DNA of 64,000 bases, from positions 51,109 to 115,108 of the forward strand of contig CAVTKY010000023.1 in the NCBI GenBank assembly GCA_963735385.1, read 5' to 3'. Source of the stretch: an uncultured Alphaproteobacteria bacterium (GTDB lineage Bacteria; Pseudomonadota; Alphaproteobacteria; Rhizobiales; Rhizobiaceae). The position numbers were made by a program, and so were the translations under genes. Numbering within the stretch: the stretch's first letter is position 1; each line of letters starts with the position of its first letter. The notes under the pieces are model-generated. The model was not told the origin of the DNA and did no database searches. It saw only the letters and a list, made by a program, of their open reading frames with translations. Below are positions 58,914-64,000 of the stretch, piece by piece.

Positions 58914-60189
58914 TTAGGAAGCAAGCTTCTCGCGGCATTCATCGGCCCGGGAAAGCAGCAATGTCCGTTCCCGTTCGTTGCGGGTGAGCGAGGCGGCGAG
59001 TTCGAATGCGCGTCTCGGCTTCGGCGAAGCGACCAAGCTTGAAGAGAAGATCGCCTCGGATCGCCGGAAGCAGGTGATATTCTTGCAGCACCGGTTCCGA
59101 GGTCAGCCGGTCTGCGAGGTCGAGCCCGGCCGCCGGACCTTCGGCCATCGCCACGGCAACCGCACGGTTGAGTTCGACCACCGGCGACGGCGCCCGTTCG
59201 GACAATTCGGCGTAAAGCGCGGCGATGCGAGCCCAGTCCGTCTCGTCGGCCACACGCGCCCGCGCATGGCAGGCAGCAATCGCCGCCTGCAGCACATACT
59301 GCCCCCGGGCGTCACCCAACGCTTCCGCCCGCGCCAGCGCTGCAAGGCCGCGACGTATGAGAAGCCGGTCCCAGCGCGATCGGTTTTGGTCAAGCAACAG
59401 GATGGGTTCGCCCGAAGGTCCGACCCGAGCGCCAAAGCGCGATGCCTGGATTTCCATCAGCCCGACCAGCCCGTGAACTTCCGGCTCGTCGGGAGCGAGC
59501 GTGGCAAGGATCCGGCCCAACCGCAGCGCCTCTTCCGAGAGCTGCGGCCTGATCCAGTCGCTGCCTGCGGTGGCCGTGTAGCCTTCGTTGAAGATGAGGT
59601 AGATCACTTCCAGCACGGACGACAGGCGCGGCGAGCGGTCCGCGCCGCGCGGAACCTCGAACGGCACACGCGCTTCCGTGAGTTTCCGCTTCGCCCTGAC
59701 GATCCGCTGCGCAACCGTCGGCTCGGAGACGAGAAAGGCGCGCGCGATCTCCTCGGTGGTCAGCCCGCCGAGCAGGCGCAGCGTCAGCGCAACGCGCGCT
59801 TCAGTCGGAAGCACCGGATGACACGCTGCGAAGATCAGGCCAAGGAGGTCATCGCCGATGTCGTCGTCGAGCGCTTCCTCGAGATCGGGCGCGGCACTGT
59901 CCTGTTCGATCTCCGCTTCGTAGCCCAGTTCTTCATGCTTGCGCTGGAGCATTCTTGACCTGCGGATATGGTCGATGGCGCGGCGCTTGCCGGTCGCCAT
60001 AAGCCAGGCCGCGGGATTGCGCGGAATGCCTTGCGCCGGCCACTGTTGCAGTGCCGCGACCAGAGCATCCTGGGCGAATTCCTCGGCAAGGCCGACATCG
60101 CGAATGATACGGGCCAGGCTGGCAATGATCTTCGCCTGCTCGATTTTCCAGACTGCGTTGATCGCGCGATGAATGTCGGTAGCCGTCAC
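58914..60189 (-). pseudogene. ECF sigma factor with a long C-terminal TPR-like extension (ECF42-type), reading frame broken near 59008
   Basis: Sigma2/sigma4 regions (FAQDALVAALQQWP, LGGLTTEEIARAFLVSEPTVAQRIVRAKRKL) are followed by a ~230-aa extension. The last ~35 codons continue in the adjacent frame as ELAASLTRNERERTLLLSRADECREKLAS-stop (TAA at 58914-58916). In the observed frame the ORF ends at 58939. Confidence 0.8.
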
Positions 60190-60238
60190 GGCTACCGATC
60201 AGAGCATCCCAACCTGGCGGGTGCAAGCTCGGCGTCGG

Positions 60239-60651
60239 CTACTTTTCGCTCGCTACGCCCAGTTCGCGAAATCGGTCAACGCCGTCGATATCACCGAAAT
60301 CCTCCAGTTCGAACATCTGGCGCACTTCGATGTGGCCATCCTCGTTGTGTGGATTGGGAAAACGCCTCGCCCATTCGATGGCCTCTTCCCTGGACTTCAC
60401 CTGAATGATCGTAAAGCCGGCCAGAAGTTCCTTCGTCTCGGTGAATGGGCCGTCAACGATCATGCGCTTGCCGCCGGAATAATTGACGCGAAAGCCCTTG
60501 GAACTTGCCTGCAAGCCGTTGGCGTCCAGCAAAACACCGGCTTTCGCCAGTTCCTCATGATAGTCCGCCATCGCCGTGAAAATATCCTGTGACGGCATGA
60601 CGCCGGCTTCGGACTCCGCGTTGGCCTTGACCAGAATCATTGAAACCGCAT
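60239..60651 (-). CDS. YCII-related (DGPF) domain protein; probable 1-nt lesion at codons 4-5
   Basis: ILVKANAESEAGVMPSQDIFTAMADYHEELAKAGVLLD...FELEDF. A strong AAGGAGA RBS sits 7 nt before the ATG at 60649-60651, which reads MRFQ-TGA. That TGA overlaps the ATG (60638-60640) of the long frame. CAATG to CAAATG would give MRFQMILVKAN. Confidence 0.8.
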
Positions 60652-60706
60652 CGTTGTTTCTCCTTCTGTTTTCCGGCCAGCCTTTCCTGCTGCCTTCTAC
60701 AGTCAC

Positions 60707-60733
60707 GTCGAACGGTGCTCGGCCAAATCGACA
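60707..60733 (-). promoter_or_regulatory. Candidate ECF42-type promoter TGTCGA-N17-CGAC upstream of the YCII-sigma operon
   Basis: The minus strand reads TGTCGATTTGGCCGAGCACCGTTCGACGTG, about 67 nt upstream of the YCII start. The match is to my recollection of the ECF42 -35 TGTCGA motif and has not been computed. Confidence 0.4.
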
Positions 60734-60880
60734 TGCGGAACAACTTTTTCTCCGGATCAATTCGGACGGGCTCTGGGGCCCGAAACCCGGAATGGCTTGA
60801 ACGCCTGGTGTGGTGGATTTGAAGTTCCTGTCATCCGCGTTCAGGAACTTTAAATCCGTGAACCACACCAGATTCTAATA

Positions 60881-60979
60881 AGTGCGTCCTTTTGGACGCA
60901 CAAAGGACGCTGTAAGTTGTTGAATTCGACGCATCGTGCTTTCCGAAAATCGATCCCGATTTTCGGGCCGATGCGCTAG
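60881..60979. repeat. Palindromic repeat modules; inverted copy of 51920-52015
   Basis: Its reverse complement is CTAGCGCATCGGCCCGAAAATCGGGATCGATTTTCGG...CAACTTACAGCGTCCTTTGTGCGTCCAAAAGGACGCAC. This matches 51920-52013 with a few substitutions. Confidence 0.8.
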
Positions 60980-61046
60980 GAACCGGCGCAGTTTCAAAGA
61001 GTTAATGTCGGTGCACGAAACCGTAATCTATTTCGGAGGATCAAAA

Positions 61047-61479
61047 ATGTCCCGCCTTCACAAGACCCCTGTTCTCACCGGTGTTGCGCTTGCGGCAATC
61101 CTGGCGTGGACGCCTGTCTTGGCAGAAACCATGAAGTTCAAGGCCGATCTGAAGGGGGCGAGCGAAGTGCCGCCCACCGACAGCGCCGGAAGCGGAAGCG
61201 CCGATGTCACCGTCGATACCGACACCAAGAAACTTTCATGGACCATAAATTATAGCGGCCTCTCCGGCGACGCGGCGGCAGCCCACTTTCATGGTCCGGC
61301 GGCGGCAGGCGAAAATGCTGGCCCGGCCGTCGACATTTCCGGCTGCGACAATGACTGGGTCGGCCGACATAACCGATCAGCTTCTCGCGGATCTGCAGGC
61401 CGGTAAGTGGTACGTCAACATCCACACGGCAAAATTCCCCGACGGGGAAATCCGCGGCCAGTTGGAAAAGGCGCAATAG
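61047..61479 (+). pseudogene. CHRD-domain secreted protein, reading frame broken near 61341
   Basis: MSRLHKTPVLTGVALAAILAWTPVLA signal with a GGAGGA RBS, then GASEVPPTDSAGSGSADVTVD...AAAHFHGPAAAGENAGPAVDISG, then a frame change to AATMTGSADITDQLLADLQAGKWYVNIHTAKFPDGEIRGQL. Confidence 0.8.
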
Positions 61480-61597
61480 AGCATGATCCCGAACCGAAGG
61501 TCAGCGAAGCAAAAAGTGCGTGCCGGTTTTCGGAAAAGATCACGCGAAATCAAAGAATTGGAGCGCGGCGACGACTCCAATGAAATCATCGCGCTCG
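61477..61597. repeat. Mosaic repeat family GAGCATGATCCCGAA..., copy 3, with an internal ~20-nt insertion
   Basis: TAGAGCATGATCCCGAACCGAAGGTCAGCGAAGCAAAAAGTGCGTGCCGGTTTTCGGAAAAGATCACGCGAAATCAAAGAATTGGAGCGCGGCGACGACTCCAATGAAATCATCGCGCTC. Confidence 0.75.
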
Positions 61598-61653
61598 ACC
61601 CTGTCGGACCGCACTGTTGACCGATGCGGTAGAGGCTTTTGCCAATAGGAAAT

Positions 61654-61685
61654 GAAGGGCGAGCTCCGAATTGAGGACGCCCTTC
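61654..61685 (-). terminator. Candidate intrinsic terminator after groEL
   Basis: Perfect 8-bp stem GAAGGGCG/CGCCCTTC with a 16-nt loop. On the minus strand it is followed by AUUUCCUAUU, only a modest U tract. Confidence 0.4.
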
Positions 61686-61692
61686 CCGGTCG

Positions 61693-63333
<1,641 letters not shown>

Positions 63334-63389
63334 TCAATGCAGCGTTCAGAGTTCTCGAATCCGTTCGAATTGGCGCAAACCGGTTCGCT

Positions 63390-63704
63390 TCAGGCAGCCC
63401 TCTTGGCCTCGGCCTCGATTTCCAGAATTCCCATCACGTCGTCTTCTTTCATGATGAGAAGGTCTTCGCCATCAAGTCGGATCTCGGTTCCGGACCATTT
63501 TCCGAACAGGATATGGTCGCCGGTCTTCACATCGAGAGGCCTTAGTTGCCCAGTGTCGTCACGTGCGCCAGGGCCGACGGCAAGCACTTCGCCTTCCTGC
63601 GGTTTCTCTTTGGCCGTATCGGGAATGATGATGCCGCCTGCGGTTTTCTCACCCGCTTCGACGCGACGGACAACAATTCGATCATGCAGTGGACGGAACT
63701 TCAT
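63390..63704 (-). CDS. groS: Co-chaperonin GroES
   Basis: Start trimmed to [40 protein letters not shown], with a GGAGGA RBS. Confidence 0.95.
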   Translation of the reverse strand: MKFRPLHDRIVVRRVEAGEKTAGGIIIPDTAKEKPQEGEVLAVGPGARDDTGQLRPLDVKTGDHILFGKWSGTEIRLDGEDLLIMKEDDVMGILEIEAEAKRAA

Positions 63705-63850
63705 CGGTTCTCCTCCATAAGCCGAATGTTTGTGTTTCCAGCATCGGCCGGCAGCCTGTGACGCTGGTCCCGACCCCTGATAAAGACGGCGTCGCGTGCA
63801 GCAAATCTGGGTAGGAAAAACGCCGCATTCAAGGGCCTTTGATGGTAATT

Positions 63851-63877
63851 TTAGCACTCTCTAAGCGAGAGTGCTAA
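63851..63877. promoter_or_regulatory. CIRCE element (HrcA operator) upstream of groESL
   Basis: TTAGCACTC-N9-GAGTGCTAA, an exact match to the CIRCE consensus inverted repeat. Confidence 0.9.
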
Positions 63878-63917
63878 TCCTGTGTTTTGTCGAGTTCTCC
63901 TGGCTACCAGGGGCCAT

Positions 63918-63996
63918 CTAGTGGAACGAATTTGACATTCGCATCCCATTTGACATCACACGTCCATTGCGAATGTCAAACTCAAAGTTCCACTAG
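63918..63996. repeat. RIME/REP-like palindromic element A, second copy
   Basis: Differs from 6340-6418 at only 3 of 79 positions and is in the same orientation. The window ends 4 nt later. Confidence 0.85.
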
Positions 63997-64000
63997 AATC

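Noticed and set aside
51920-60979. A composite transposon or genomic island bounded by the inverted ~95-bp repeats
   Set aside because: There is no transposase, integrase, target-site duplication or tRNA anchor. The gene content is ordinary chromosomal, and the repeat belongs to an apparently multi-copy family.
11290-61345. Programmed ribosomal frameshifting as an explanation for the split genes
   Set aside because: None of the shift sites has a slippery heptamer plus a downstream structure. The affected families (xdhA, xylA, guaD, acrB, tetR and others) are not known to use recoding, and the shifts go in both directions.

Overview
GC-rich replicon segment that looks like Rhizobiaceae (Rhizobium/Sinorhizobium/Agrobacterium-like), judged from gene content and repeat families. 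The gene content is ordinary metabolic and housekeeping; I found no rRNA, tRNA, CRISPR array, transposase, integrase or recognisable defence system. Left to right: partial 2-hydroxyacid dehydrogenase, LacI regulator, DMT transporter, MarR, ABM-like protein, His-rich CobW/COG0523 GTPase plus WD40 protein, GS-like enzyme, glycerate kinase, UPF0303. Then a near-complete purine/urate catabolic cluster (guaD, puuD, LysR, xdhCBA, hiuH, puuE-uraD fusion, ureidoglycine aminohydrolase, allA, CDA-fold deaminase). Then an S15 peptidase with a peptide-type ABC importer, an SRAP/YedK protein and an esterase. Then a carnitine/gamma-butyrobetaine-type cluster (crotonase, ADP-forming acyl-CoA synthetase, acyl-CoA dehydrogenase, carnitine dehydrogenase-like, BKACE, GlxA/CdhR-like regulator). 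Then HAD hydrolase, xylAB, sulfate ABC (sbp-cysTWA), LysE, MBL hydrolase, L,D-transpeptidase, PFK-family kinase, TetR-MFP-RND efflux, a YCII plus ECF42-type sigma operon, a CHRD protein and groESL with a perfect CIRCE. Two things stand out. (1) Several families of palindromic intergenic repeats are very dense: they occupy every junction of the carnitine operon, and one sits in-frame inside xdhC. (2) At least 16 frame-breaking indels and 2 in-frame stops hit conserved genes. The lesions cluster, and most can be explained as +/-1 nt changes in short mononucleotide runs, so assembly error and real gene decay cannot be separated from sequence alone. No clearly novel multi-gene system is demonstrable; the best leads are listed as findings.
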